DNA of 25,457 bases from Oscillospiraceae bacterium (GCA_045638185.1 JAZUAX010000125.1:1-25457); one strand, 5' to 3'. Positions 7,427 through 16,507 are shown, counted from the first letter of the stretch. Made by a program: numbers and translations. Notes: generated by a model not told the origin, from the sequence alone.

Positions 7427-8212
7427 TTATTTGTTTGCTTCTTTCGGAATGCAGCCGACGTTTTCGAGAACTACGGAAGGGCGGTAGCCATAGGTTTTGG
7501 GAGTTTCTTCGGTGGAAGCACCGGAAAGAACAAGAACGGTTTTCATACCGGATTCAAGACCGGAGATAACGTCGGTATCCATTCTGTCGCCTACCATCAC
7601 TGCTTCGTTGGAATGGCAGTTGAGCATACGGAGACCAGTTCTCATCATAAGGGGGTTCGGTTTTCCGCAGAAATAAGCTTTCTTGCCGGTGGCGATTTCG
7701 ATAGGTGCAACAAGTGCTCCGCAGGCGGGCATTATTCCGTTTTCAATAGGAGCGGAAACGTCGGAGTTTGTTCCGATAAGTTTTGCGCCGTTTCTTACAA
7801 GGTTGGTTGCTTTGGTGATGGTATCGAAAGAATAGGTTTTTCCTTCGCCGACAACAACGTAATCCGGGTTGATATCGTTCATGGTGATGCCCGCATCATA
7901 AAGAGCATTGAAAAGGGCGGCCTCGCCGATTGCATAAACGCTGCAGCCCGGAGCCTGTTCTTTAAGGAATGCGGCAGTTGCAAGAGCGCTGGTATAAAAA
8001 TGGTCTTCGGAAACATCAAGACCCATTCTTGCAAGTTTCTGCTGAAGTTCCTTGGGGGTGTAGCAGCTGTTGTTAGTAAGGAAAAGGAATTTTTTATTTT
8101 CGGCCTGAAGCCAATCGATAAATTCGCGAACGCCGGGAATAATCTGGTTTCCGCGGTAGATAACTCCATCCATATCGCAGATGAAGCCTTTGATATCATT
8201 GAAATTGATCAT
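7427..8212 (-). CDS. HAD-IIA family hydrolase (NagD-like sugar/nucleotide phosphatase)
   Basis: I prefer the start at ATG 8212 (MINFNDIKGFICDMDGVIYRG, DxDG motif), preceded by GAGGAG. The track ORF extends to 8284 with no RBS. Contains the GDRMDTD motif. Confidence 0.85.
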   Translation of the reverse strand: MINFNDIKGFICDMDGVIYRGNQIIPGVREFIDWLQAENKKFLFLTNNSCYTPKELQQKLARMGLDVSEDHFYTSALATAAFLKEQAPGCSVYAIGEAALFNALYDAGITMNDINPDYVVVGEGKTYSFDTITKATNLVRNGAKLIGTNSDVSAPIENGIMPACGALVAPIEIATGKKAYFCGKPNPLMMRTGLRMLNCHSNEAVMVGDRMDTDVISGLESGMKTVLVLSGASTEETPKTYGYRPSVVLENVGCIPKEANK

Positions 8213-8255
8213 ATATAACTCCTCATTAAGAGATAATTTTTTTGCTGTCAAATTT

Positions 8256-8284
8256 ATTATATATAGTTTTTTTAAGAAAATCAA
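8256..8284 (-). promoter_or_regulatory. sigma-70 type promoter of the HAD-IIA gene
   Basis: On the minus strand: TTGATT (8284-8279), a 17-nt spacer, then TATAAT (8261-8256). Confidence 0.5.
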
Positions 8285-8349
8285 GGCATTTTAAACAAAT
8301 TTGATGTGCTAATTTTATATAAAAGTACAGAATTTTTTGTTTTTTCGTC

Positions 8350-8382
8350 AAAAAAGGTGTGTCCTTTCGGACACACCTTTTT
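8350..8382 (-). terminator. intrinsic terminator of the ClpE-like operon
   Basis: GGTGTGTCC-(4-nt loop)-GGACACACC immediately after the stop at 8381-8383, followed by TTTTTT on the minus strand. Confidence 0.8.
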
Positions 8383-10678
8383 ATGCTTCAAGTTCCGGAA
8401 TTTTAAAGGATTCCTTTACGATTATTTCGTTTTCCTCTGCGGAAACAGAAATTCCCGAAAGTTTTTTGTCTGCGTTATCAACAATAAGTTCGCAGACTTT
8501 ATCTTCAATATCCTTACGGATTACGCGGACAAGGTCTCTTGCGCCGCCTTTGTTTCCGTGGGATTTTTTTGCAATAGCTTTGAGCGCCGCTTCGTCATAG
8601 GAAAGGTCGATGCCTTTTTCTTTAAGCGGAACACGGAGCTCATCAAGGCGGAGAGCCGCAATTCTTTCGTAATTTTCCAGGCTGAGATCATGGAAAACAA
8701 CAACTTCGTCAACCCTTCCGATAAATTCAGGGCGGAGGAACTGGGAAAGAGCTTTATAGACCTTATCTTTTTCAAGAGAATAGGAATCGCGGCCGAAGCC
8801 AAGGGCTTTTTCCTTGTTTTCGCTTCCGGCGTTGGAAGTCATTACAATTACGGTGTTTGCGAAGGAAACGGTTCTTCCGTGGGCGTCGGCAATTTTTCCT
8901 TCGTCAAGAATCTGAAGAAGGATGTTCATAACGTCCGGGTGCGCTTTTTCGATTTCATCAAAAAGAATTACAGAATAAGGTTTTCTGCGGACTTTTTCGG
9001 TAAGCTGACCGGCTTCGTCATAGCCGACATAACCGGGAGGAGAACCTACGATTCTGGAAACCGCATGTTTCTCCATAAATTCGGACATATCAAGGCGGAT
9101 AAGCGGATCTTCGCTCTGGAAAAGCTCGCCCGCAAGAACTTTTACAAGTTCCGTTTTGCCAACGCCGGTGGGGCCCACAAAGATAAAGGAAGCGGGTCTT
9201 CTTCTTGCAGAAATCTGTACTCTGGAACGTTTTACCGCAGAAGCAACAAGTTTGCAGGCTTCGTCCTGGCCGATAACATGCTGTTTAAGGGTTGATTCAA
9301 GCTCTCCGAGTTTTCTAAGGTCGCTTTCCTGAACTTTGCTTGCAGGAATCCCTGTCCAAAGTTCAATGACCGTTGCAAGATCTTTGGGTGCAACTTCCGC
9401 CGCAAGAGCAATCGGTTCAAGGCGGTTGTGCTCAATTTCAAGCTGAAGAGCTTCCGCTTTTGCTGTTGCAAGAGCCTCATAATCGATTGTTTCTTCCTGC
9501 TGAAGAGCCTCTATCTTTTCCTGAACAGCACGGAGCTTCTGTCCGCTTATCTCATATTCCGCAAGTTCCTTGTTGGCAAGAGCACTGCAGGAACAAGCTT
9601 CGTCCAGAAGGTCTATAGCTTTATCTGGAAGGAAACGATCGGTGATATATCTTTCGGAAAGGCGGACACAGCTTTCGATAAGCTCATCGCTGATTTTTAC
9701 ATGGTGGAATTTTTCATAGTTGGGAGCAACGCCTTTAAGGATCTCGATGCTGTCCGCAATGGAGGGTTCCTCAACGGTTACGGGCTGGAAACGGCGCTCG
9801 AGAGCCGCATCCTTTTCGATATGTTTGCGATATTCATTAAAAGTTGTTGCACCGATAACCTGGAGTTCTCCGCGGGAAAGTGCAGGTTTAAGGATGTTGG
9901 CCGCGTTCATACTTCCTTCAGCATCGCCGGTTCCCACAAGATTATGGATTTCATCGATGAAAAGGATAATATTGCCTTCGCGTTTAACTTCCTCAACAAG
10001 TCCCTTTACTCTGCTTTCGAACTGTCCGCGGAACTGGGTTCCTGCGACAAGAGCGGTGAGATCGAGCATCCAGAGTTCTTTTCCGGCAAGTTTTGCCGGA
10101 ACTTCATTTCTGGCAATCTTCTGGGCAATTCCTTCTGCAATTGCGGTTTTGCCTACGCCCGGTTCACCGATGAGGCAGGGGTTGTTTTTGGTGCGGCGGT
10201 TAAGGATCTGAGTAACCCTTCCTATTTCGCGGTCTCTTCCGATAATGGGGTCAAAACCGCCGTTTTTTGCTTTTTCGGTAAGGTTTTCGCAATAGAGATT
10301 AAGATATTTCTTTTCTTCCTGTTTGCCCTTTTTTCCGGTTTTCTTGGGATTCTTCGGCTTTTCGCCGTCAGCGGTCGGGACTTCTTCCTGGGGAGCCATT
10401 GCATCGCCGAAGATACTGTTAAGGAAAGGAAAAGCCTGGGCTCCGCCCATTTCAAAACCGGAATCCTCTCCGTCAAAAGCCATCATCTGTTCGCTGATAG
10501 CATCAAGTTCATCGCCGGAAATTCCCATTTTGTTCATAAGATCTTCAACTGGTTTTATTCCAAGTTCCTTGGCGCACTGAAGGCAAAGTCCTTCGTTATA
10601 GGTTTTGTCACCTTCCATTCTGGTAACAAAAACCACAGGCATTCTCTTTTTGCATGTTGAAAAAAGCATACTGATCAT
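8381..10678 (-). CDS. ATP-dependent Clp protease ATP-binding subunit, ClpE-like (two AAA+ modules, no Clp_N repeats)
   Basis: Walker A1 GEPGVGKTAIAEG, Walker A2 GPTGVGKTELVK, a short coiled-coil M region, and a putative ClpP-docking loop KALGFG. The N-terminus has ..STC-N22-CLQC instead of Clp_N repeats. I prefer ATG at 10678 (GGAGGA 6 nt upstream). The track starts one codon earlier at TTG. Confidence 0.88.
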   Translation of the reverse strand: MISMLFSTCKKRMPVVFVTRMEGDKTYNEGLCLQCAKELGIKPVEDLMNKMGISGDELDAISEQMMAFDGEDSGFEMGGAQAFPFLNSIFGDAMAPQEEVPTADGEKPKNPKKTGKKGKQEEKKYLNLYCENLTEKAKNGGFDPIIGRDREIGRVTQILNRRTKNNPCLIGEPGVGKTAIAEGIAQKIARNEVPAKLAGKELWMLDLTALVAGTQFRGQFESRVKGLVEEVKREGNIILFIDEIHNLVGTGDAEGSMNAANILKPALSRGELQVIGATTFNEYRKHIEKDAALERRFQPVTVEEPSIADSIEILKGVAPNYEKFHHVKISDELIESCVRLSERYITDRFLPDKAIDLLDEACSCSALANKELAEYEISGQKLRAVQEKIEALQQEETIDYEALATAKAEALQLEIEHNRLEPIALAAEVAPKDLATVIELWTGIPASKVQESDLRKLGELESTLKQHVIGQDEACKLVASAVKRSRVQISARRRPASFIFVGPTGVGKTELVKVLAGELFQSEDPLIRLDMSEFMEKHAVSRIVGSPPGYVGYDEAGQLTEKVRRKPYSVILFDEIEKAHPDVMNILLQILDEGKIADAHGRTVSFANTVIVMTSNAGSENKEKALGFGRDSYSLEKDKVYKALSQFLRPEFIGRVDEVVVFHDLSLENYERIAALRLDELRVPLKEKGIDLSYDEAALKAIAKKSHGNKGGARDLVRVIRKDIEDKVCELIVDNADKKLSGISVSAEENEIIVKESFKIPELEA

Positions 10679-10723
10679 CAAAAATCCTCCCTGGGGAAAA
10701 ATTTTATATTAAAAAAGTAAAAA

Positions 10724-11440
10724 TCAAATCAAAAAACCGCCGCTGCAAACCAAAAAATATATCTTTCTGAAAAGATAAGTTTCCGAAACGATTTTTTCGG
10801 AAAAATATTCCGGAAAAATCCCCGAGGAAATCACCATTTTGATTATAAACGCGGCAACGCAAAGTTCCAGAATTCCGTTTGCAATTCCAAAAACTCCGCC
10901 GAAAAAACTGTTGAATCCGCCGATTATCGGAACTTCGTTAACAAATTTCGATCCTTTTGCAACAAAGGAAACCAATGCCGCAAGAATTACAAGCGAAACA
11001 ACAAATATAACCGTTTCCAGAATCGGTTCCACAACCGGACGGACAACGCTTTCCTCAACAGCAAGAGCTATTGCGGAAAAATCCATTCCTACGGAATTTA
11101 TAAGATTTTCGGCAACGCCGCTGAAATCAAAAAGAAGATGTGAAATTGCCGGAAGGTTTTCAACAGCTTCCTTAAGCCCCATAACAACGCTTTCGGCATC
11201 CACCGCATTGGCAATGGAATTTTCCATGTTTTTGATAACAGCCGGCTGTATGGCCATCGTATAAATAAGTGCAGCACATATTCTGCTTACAACAAGCGCG
11301 GCGATTACGGAACAGATATATCCGAAAGTCTGTATAGCTGTTTTTGCAAAGCCGTTTTTTGCACCTTTTGCAATACAGTTGATTACAATAACAACCGCAA
11401 GAATATCATAAATTATTGAAACAAAATTCAAAAGCGGCAA
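10724..11440 (-). CDS. CvpA family membrane protein
   Basis: 238 aa and polytopic. The N-terminus IIYDILAVVIVINCIAKGAKNGFAKTAIQTFGYICSVIAALVVS matches the usual CvpA (colicin V production) N-terminal pattern. The start is uncertain: TTG at 11440 lies only 3 nt after GAGGAGG, and an in-frame TTG lies 9 nt further downstream. Confidence 0.65.
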   Translation of the reverse strand: MPLLNFVSIIYDILAVVIVINCIAKGAKNGFAKTAIQTFGYICSVIAALVVSRICAALIYTMAIQPAVIKNMENSIANAVDAESVVMGLKEAVENLPAISHLLFDFSGVAENLINSVGMDFSAIALAVEESVVRPVVEPILETVIFVVSLVILAALVSFVAKGSKFVNEVPIIGGFNSFFGGVFGIANGILELCVAAFIIKMVISSGIFPEYFSEKIVSETYLFRKIYFLVCSGGFLI

Positions 11441-11456
11441 AAGCCTCCTCTTTCAA

Positions 11457-12632
11457 TTATTTTTCAATTTTGCAAAGCTGGTCGCGGGTTACCGCAAAAA
11501 GATTTTCGTTAAGAAGTTTTATCATAACCGCATCCTGTTCGGAAACAAGATTTGCGGTACTTTCGCCTGAATTATCGAACACAAATGCCGTTCCGGAACA
11601 ATAAACAACAGTGTTGTTTTCGTTTCTGTCGCTGCAGATATATTTTCCGCTTACGGAAACTTTCTTTGCTTCCATAAGGTTTTCATCGAGGAAAACGATA
11701 TCTGTTGCGCGTTCTTCCGTAAAACGGTCAAAAACAACTGCAGCTCCGCTTGTTTCAGGAACATTCATAACCGCAGCCGGAACGGAAGAAAAGCCATAGC
11801 TTCCGAGAACTTTTCCTTCTTTTGAAATAACTGCGGCAACGTTATCGCAGATAACTTTTATATCCCCGTCAAAATCATATTCAAGACTGAGAACAGAAGA
11901 ACCGCGGAACTCTTTTTTCGCCAGTTCAACAGCCGCTTCGGTTGTAAAAACGTGCACCGTTGTTACCATTTCTCCCGCTTCATTTGCGGAAAGAGCCGCT
12001 GCAGCCACGGTTTTTGTGTTTTCATCCGCACTTGCGCAAACTATATATTCATCGGAAGCTGACCATGTGAAAATTTCTTCTTTATAATCAGAATCAAAAA
12101 TATGGAGCTGGGAAGCATAGCGCTGGGCTGAAGTTACTACGGAAAGCATTCCGTCTGCGGAAAGATCGGCGCTTATGATTTTATATTCAAATTCTTTTTC
12201 AAAAAGAATTTTATCGCGCATTCTTACCAAAAGGCGGTTTCCGCCCTGGTCATAAATAAGGAATCTTCTTCCTGCGGATTCAACTTTTGGGTTTGCAAAA
12301 CTGTGCTGTGCGGAAAGAAGCTGTTTTCCGTTTTCGGCATAAAGATAATAAACCGCATCGGTCAGGACACCGAAATATTCTCCTGCGCCAAAGGTCCTCA
12401 GGACATTTGTTCCGGAAATATCAACCGGAAATTCCGCTCCTGTTCCGGATGATGAAGCAATTCTGTCGCCGATTATTCCGGCAACATCTTCTTCAATAAA
12501 AAAATATATTCCTGCGCAGAGAATCGTTATTGCAAGAAGCGCACCTATTATTTTTCTGTTGCGCTGGGCGGCAAATTTTTTGCGGCGTTTTTTTCGGGCA
12601 ATTTCAAATTCGTTCTGTTCTTTTTTTGCCAA
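11457..12632 (-). CDS. membrane-anchored protein of unknown function (DUF5711-like)
   Basis: 391 aa. Basic N-terminus (KKRRKKFAAQRNRK), a single TM, then a roughly 330-aa extracytoplasmic region with repeated beta-rich segments. The resemblance to the Firmicutes DUF5711 family is from memory only. Confidence 0.6.
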   Translation of the reverse strand: MAKKEQNEFEIARKKRRKKFAAQRNRKIIGALLAITILCAGIYFFIEEDVAGIIGDRIASSSGTGAEFPVDISGTNVLRTFGAGEYFGVLTDAVYYLYAENGKQLLSAQHSFANPKVESAGRRFLIYDQGGNRLLVRMRDKILFEKEFEYKIISADLSADGMLSVVTSAQRYASQLHIFDSDYKEEIFTWSASDEYIVCASADENTKTVAAAALSANEAGEMVTTVHVFTTEAAVELAKKEFRGSSVLSLEYDFDGDIKVICDNVAAVISKEGKVLGSYGFSSVPAAVMNVPETSGAAVVFDRFTEERATDIVFLDENLMEAKKVSVSGKYICSDRNENNTVVYCSGTAFVFDNSGESTANLVSEQDAVMIKLLNENLFAVTRDQLCKIEK

Positions 12633-12644
12633 TTTGCTGCCTCC

Positions 12645-13271
12645 TTATCTTTTTCTTTCGGAATATTTTATAAGCGCGGTGCAGACTGTTCCGCAAACAA
12701 CGGCGGAAACAATTGCCTCGGTAATTCCCGCTCCGGTTATTGTCGCGGAAACCGTTGCCATAAGCGCACTGTATGCAATATCTTTTGCGGCAGAATAACT
12801 TTCGCCGAAGAAAACGTAGATTCCGCCCATTACGAGAACTGTGTTTGCAAGTGAACCGCAAAAACCTGCGGCAGCACTGGAAACGGTTTTGTTTGTTTTA
12901 AGTTTTGTTAAAAGCGAAAAAACAAAAGCTGCCACAACGCCGATCATGATCCTTGGAACAAGGCTTATTGCTATTGCCCAGAAACTTCCGCTTTCTTCAC
13001 CGAAAACAGGAACAAAAGGTGAAAAAACAAAAGAAGTTAGGTTTGGCTGGACCGTGTTTTTCAAAAGGCTGGTAAAGCCGAAAACCCCGCCCAGAACAGC
13101 GCCTTTTTTCCAGCCGAAAAGAACGGCGCCGATTATTACCGGCATCTGTATGGTTGTTGCGTTAATAGCGCCGAGAGGAATATAACCCAGCGGCGTTACG
13201 GAAAGCAAAATTATGAGCGCGATGAAAAGCGCCATTTTTACCATTTCGGAAGTTTTTTTGTTTTTTACCAT
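12645..13271 (-). CDS. ECF transporter S component (PanT-like)
   Basis: 208 aa, about 6 TM. The motif GYIPLGAINATTIQMPVIIGAVLFGWKKGAVLGGVFGFTSLL is typical of vitamin S components. The substrate assignment is tentative. Confidence 0.7.
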   Translation of the reverse strand: MVKNKKTSEMVKMALFIALIILLSVTPLGYIPLGAINATTIQMPVIIGAVLFGWKKGAVLGGVFGFTSLLKNTVQPNLTSFVFSPFVPVFGEESGSFWAIAISLVPRIMIGVVAAFVFSLLTKLKTNKTVSSAAAGFCGSLANTVLVMGGIYVFFGESYSAAKDIAYSALMATVSATITGAGITEAIVSAVVCGTVCTALIKYSERKR

Positions 13272-13309
13272 TGTTTTTCCTTCTTTTCAGAAAAATATGT
13301 AATTAAATA

Positions 13310-13338
13310 ATTATACTACTATTATGTTTATATGGCAA
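13310..13338 (-). promoter_or_regulatory. sigma-70 type promoter of the S-component/DUF5711/CvpA/ClpE-like operon
   Basis: On the minus strand: TTGCCA (13338-13333), a 17-nt spacer, then TATAAT (13315-13310), about 40 nt upstream of the start at 13271. Confidence 0.55.
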
Positions 13339-13388
13339 GTTATTTGCCCTGCATCCGTCATTTCCTTCGGAAATGTCACCTTATGCAA

Positions 13389-15416
13389 TTAAACAGCCGC
13401 TTCTTCCAGAAGCTTCTGAATGTTTTTTGAAAGGGCGGCATTTTCCGTTTTATCGAGCCTTGGGTCATCCTCAAGAATTTCCGCCGCTGCTTTTTTCGCA
13501 AGTTCCAGAAGTTTTATGTCTGTCATCATATCCGCCATTTTAAGCATCGGAAGTCCGCTCTGGCGATATCCGAAAAAGTCGCCGGGTCCCCGGAGTTTCA
13601 AATCCTCTTCCGCAACTTTAAATCCGTCGGTGGTTTTTGTTATAACCTCAAGGCGGCGTTTTGTTTCCGGATTTTTTGTTCCGGAAATAAGAACGCAGTA
13701 GCTCTGTTCATTTCCTCTGCCGACTCTTCCTCTGAGCTGATGAAGCTGGGAAAGTCCGAAACGGTCCGCATTTTCAATCACCATGCAAACCGCATTGGGA
13801 ACGTCAACACCAACTTCCACAACGGTTGTTGAAACAAGAACCTGAAGGCGGTTTTCCGCAAAAGCCTGCATAACCCTTTCCTTCTCCGCAGGTTTCATTC
13901 TTCCGTGGAGAAGGCCTACGTTGCAATCCACAAGCTCCTGACCTGCAATCTGTTCCGCAAGGTCCGCAGCCGCATCCAGCGGAAGGGGATCTTCGTTTCT
14001 TTCAACAAGCGGGCAAATTATATAACTTTGCTTTCCCTCTTTAGCAAAATTGCGGACAAAATTAAATGCTCTTTGGGAAAGTTCCGGGGTTACAAGATAG
14101 GTTTTTACCGGAATTCGGTTTTTTGGCATTTCGTCAAGCACCGAAACATCAAGGTCACCATAGAGAACAAAGGCAAGTGTTCTCGGAATCGGGGTTGCGG
14201 ACATAACTATCGTATGAGGTGCGCTTCCTTTTTTACCGAGAGCTGTCCTTTGGCGGACACCGAAACGGTGCTGTTCATCGGTTATGATTAGACCGAGATT
14301 TTTGAATTCAACATCCTCCTGAATAAGAGCATGGGTTCCGGTAACAACGGTTATCTCTCCGGATCTGATTGCTTCTTTCACTGCGTTTTTTTCGGAAGCT
14401 TTCATTGAACCGGTAAGAACTCCGACTTTTATTCCAAAGGGAGCAAACATTTTTTCAAGGGTTGTTTTATGCTGGTTCGCAAGGACTTCCGTCGGCGCCA
14501 TCATCGCGCTCTGAAAGCCGTTTTTTGCCGCAAAATACATGCAGGAAGCGGCAACCGCGGTTTTACCCGAACCTACATCACCCTGGATAAGACGGCTCAT
14601 AGGAACTGATGAGCACATATCTTTTTTGCATTCCGCAATAACGCGCTTCTGAGCACCAGTAAGTTCAAACCCGAGAGATTTTTCAAATTCATCAGTGCTC
14701 AAAGGAGAAAAGGCTTTTCCTTCCGCTGCTCTGTTCTTTCCTTTAACAAGGCTCATTCCGAGGGTAAACGCAAGGAATTCTTCGAAAATAAGTCGTTTTT
14801 TCGCCTTTTCAAGAGCTTCTTCGCCGGAAGGAAAATGGATATTTCTTATTGCTTCAGCTTTTGAGCATAGATCATATCGTTCAAGAATATCTGTGCTCAT
14901 AGTTTCTTTAACAAGATGTCCGCAGTTTTCAAGAGCGGTTTTCATCTGGGCGGAAACCATTTTCGAGGAAAGTCCTTCTGTAAGCGGATACTGCGGAAGA
15001 AAACCGCTTTCCTCAGTTTGTATCACAACGGGCGAATTCATTTCGCCGCCGGTCATTCTTCTTGTGAAATCGCCGTAAAAAATATATTCTTCGCCGATTT
15101 CAAGCGCTTCAACGGTATATTTTGCGTTGAAAAAAGTTATAAGCAAATCTCTTTCCATATCCGTTGCGCGGACTTTTGAAACAGTAAGACCTTTTCTTAT
15201 CGGTCTGGTCGGGCTTTTCTGTGTAACAACCGCACGGATCGCACAGGGGTGTTCGTCGGAAGCATCTTTTATGGAAAGGCTTCCGGTAAGATCAAGATAT
15301 CCTCTCGGATAATGTTCAAGAAGTTCGCCGATGTTGGTTATTCCGAGTTTTGCATAAACTTTCTGTCTTTTTTCTCCAACCCCTTTGAGCGCAGTAAGCG
15401 GTGAACTCAAATCCAT
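13389..15416 (-). CDS. recG: ATP-dependent DNA helicase RecG
   Basis: 675 aa. N-terminal wedge/OB region, helicase motif I GDVGSGKT, motif II DEQHRFG, and motif VI QLRGRVGRG. RBS GGGAGG. Confidence 0.95.
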   Translation of the reverse strand: MDLSSPLTALKGVGEKRQKVYAKLGITNIGELLEHYPRGYLDLTGSLSIKDASDEHPCAIRAVVTQKSPTRPIRKGLTVSKVRATDMERDLLITFFNAKYTVEALEIGEEYIFYGDFTRRMTGGEMNSPVVIQTEESGFLPQYPLTEGLSSKMVSAQMKTALENCGHLVKETMSTDILERYDLCSKAEAIRNIHFPSGEEALEKAKKRLIFEEFLAFTLGMSLVKGKNRAAEGKAFSPLSTDEFEKSLGFELTGAQKRVIAECKKDMCSSVPMSRLIQGDVGSGKTAVAASCMYFAAKNGFQSAMMAPTEVLANQHKTTLEKMFAPFGIKVGVLTGSMKASEKNAVKEAIRSGEITVVTGTHALIQEDVEFKNLGLIITDEQHRFGVRQRTALGKKGSAPHTIVMSATPIPRTLAFVLYGDLDVSVLDEMPKNRIPVKTYLVTPELSQRAFNFVRNFAKEGKQSYIICPLVERNEDPLPLDAAADLAEQIAGQELVDCNVGLLHGRMKPAEKERVMQAFAENRLQVLVSTTVVEVGVDVPNAVCMVIENADRFGLSQLHQLRGRVGRGNEQSYCVLISGTKNPETKRRLEVITKTTDGFKVAEEDLKLRGPGDFFGYRQSGLPMLKMADMMTDIKLLELAKKAAAEILEDDPRLDKTENAALSKNIQKLLEEAAV

Positions 15417-15520
15417 AAAAAACGCCTCCCTTCCGAAAAAATCTGCTTCTTACCCATTATGCTTTTATCTTACATCTTTTCAGAAAAAAAACAAGGCTTA
15501 TTTTGTTAACAAAACAATAT

Positions 15521-15546
15521 AAAAAGAGCGGATATTATATCCGCTC
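15521..15546 (-). terminator. intrinsic terminator after the alkylation-repair gene
   Basis: GAGCGGATAT-T-ATATCCGCTC palindrome immediately after the stop (15547-15549), followed by TTTTT on the minus strand. Confidence 0.7.
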
Positions 15547-16224
15547 CTATATTTTGAGTGTTCTCAAATATTTTTTCTGTTCATCGGTTATGCGGTAGCT
15601 TTCTGTTGCTTTCTGAATGGCTTTGTTGTGAGTCCATTTTTCAAGTTTTCTTTCTTCAATAAATGGCAAAACAGCGTCATATTGTTTTGCTAAAGCTGTC
15701 GCAAAATACCAGGCCCGCATCATTCGGATATAATATTCTTCCGACTTGATTTTCACAACGGCTTCCGGATATTCCAAAGAAAAATCCTCACCAAGAAAAT
15801 GTTCCATAAGCATTTTTATTCCGAACCGAACGGAATAGGTATCCCCGGAAGAAAGCCATTTTTCGATATATACGAGAAGTTTTTCCTTATGTTTCCCAAA
15901 AACTTTTGGCGACATTGAATCGCACGTTGCCCAGTTATCAACAAAAGGCAGGAATTTTGTTACTGCATTCGCACATTCTTCAAAATCCGTTATATATTCC
16001 AGCAGGAATGCATGAAGATTGTTTTCCTCATAATATTCATGCGGAAGAGCTTCAAGGAAGAATTTTGCTCCGGAAGTTTTGAAAAAATCCTTGGCGAATT
16101 TTCGCAGAAGGGGCGTTCTTATTCCAATTATCTTTTCTTTGGGAACTGTTGGAATAAGTTTGCTCTGAAAATCACGGTATTTTTCATCTTTCATTGAGAA
16201 AAGTTCAGATTTCAGATCCTGCAT
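15547..16224 (-). CDS. DNA alkylation repair protein (AlkD/AlkC-like HEAT-repeat family)
   Basis: 225 aa. The motifs YRDFQSKLIP, IGIRTPLLRKFAK, FVDNWATCD and WTHNKAIQKATESYR are typical of the DNA_alkylation family. RBS GAGGTG. Confidence 0.85.
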   Translation of the reverse strand: MQDLKSELFSMKDEKYRDFQSKLIPTVPKEKIIGIRTPLLRKFAKDFFKTSGAKFFLEALPHEYYEENNLHAFLLEYITDFEECANAVTKFLPFVDNWATCDSMSPKVFGKHKEKLLVYIEKWLSSGDTYSVRFGIKMLMEHFLGEDFSLEYPEAVVKIKSEEYYIRMMRAWYFATALAKQYDAVLPFIEERKLEKWTHNKAIQKATESYRITDEQKKYLRTLKI

Positions 16225-16265
16225 AATATCACCTCGGTTTTTATTATTATATCATAATTTTCGGC

Positions 16266-16296
16266 AAAGAAAAACACCGCGGATTTCCGCGGCGTT
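16266..16296 (-). terminator. intrinsic terminator of the feo operon
   Basis: On the minus strand: CGCCGCGG-AAAT-CCGCGGTG (one G-U) followed by TTTTTCTTT, 14 nt after the stop of the Cys-rich peptide gene. Confidence 0.75.
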
Positions 16297-16309
16297 TTCC
16301 TTTAACTCA

Positions 16310-16483
16310 TTAAGGCTCAATATCGGATTGGCAGCCGCAGCCGCCATTTTCGGTGTTTTTACAGCAGGAATTACCATAGGGACAGCCGATACATTTGCTT
16401 CCCGCCTTTTTCTGACGGTAAATATAAAATCCGGCGAGACCGACTATAAGAGCAATTATAACTATAAGGATAATATCTTCCAT
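16310..16483 (-). CDS. FeoB-associated Cys-rich membrane protein
   Basis: Not in the ORF track (57 aa). Own translation: MEDIILIVIIALIVGLAGFYIYRQKKAGSKCIGCPYGNSCCKNTENGGCGCQSDIEP. It has one TM followed by a Cys-rich tail and sits 24 nt downstream of feoB, which is the canonical arrangement for this family. Confidence 0.8.
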   Translation of the reverse strand: MEDIILIVIIALIVGLAGFYIYRQKKAGSKCIGCPYGNSCCKNTENGGCGCQSDIEP

Positions 16484-16507
16484 AAGATTTTTTCTTTCAG
16501 TTTGATT

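Noticed and set aside
8306-10660. Two long plus-strand ORFs (8306..9295 and 9428..10660) antisense to the ClpE-like gene, plus 2389..3345 antisense to ychF, 3594..4136 antisense to the response regulator and 7613..8218 antisense to the HAD gene.
   Set aside because: For 8306, 9428 and 2389 I checked that the ORFs sit in the same register as the sense codons, so the shadow-frame explanation applies. I did not check the register for 3594..4136 or 7613..8218. In every case the sense-strand gene has strong family motifs, and I saw no family resemblance in the antisense products.
15501-15514. 14-bp palindrome TTTTGTTAACAAAA upstream of recG, sharing TTGTTAA/TTAACAA with the htrA-upstream palindrome.
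   Set aside because: It is an AT-only sequence in AT-rich intergenic DNA. The half-sites are in the opposite arrangement to the htrA site. It is not a Cheo/LexA box (GAAC-N4-GTTC). Chance symmetry is the simplest explanation.
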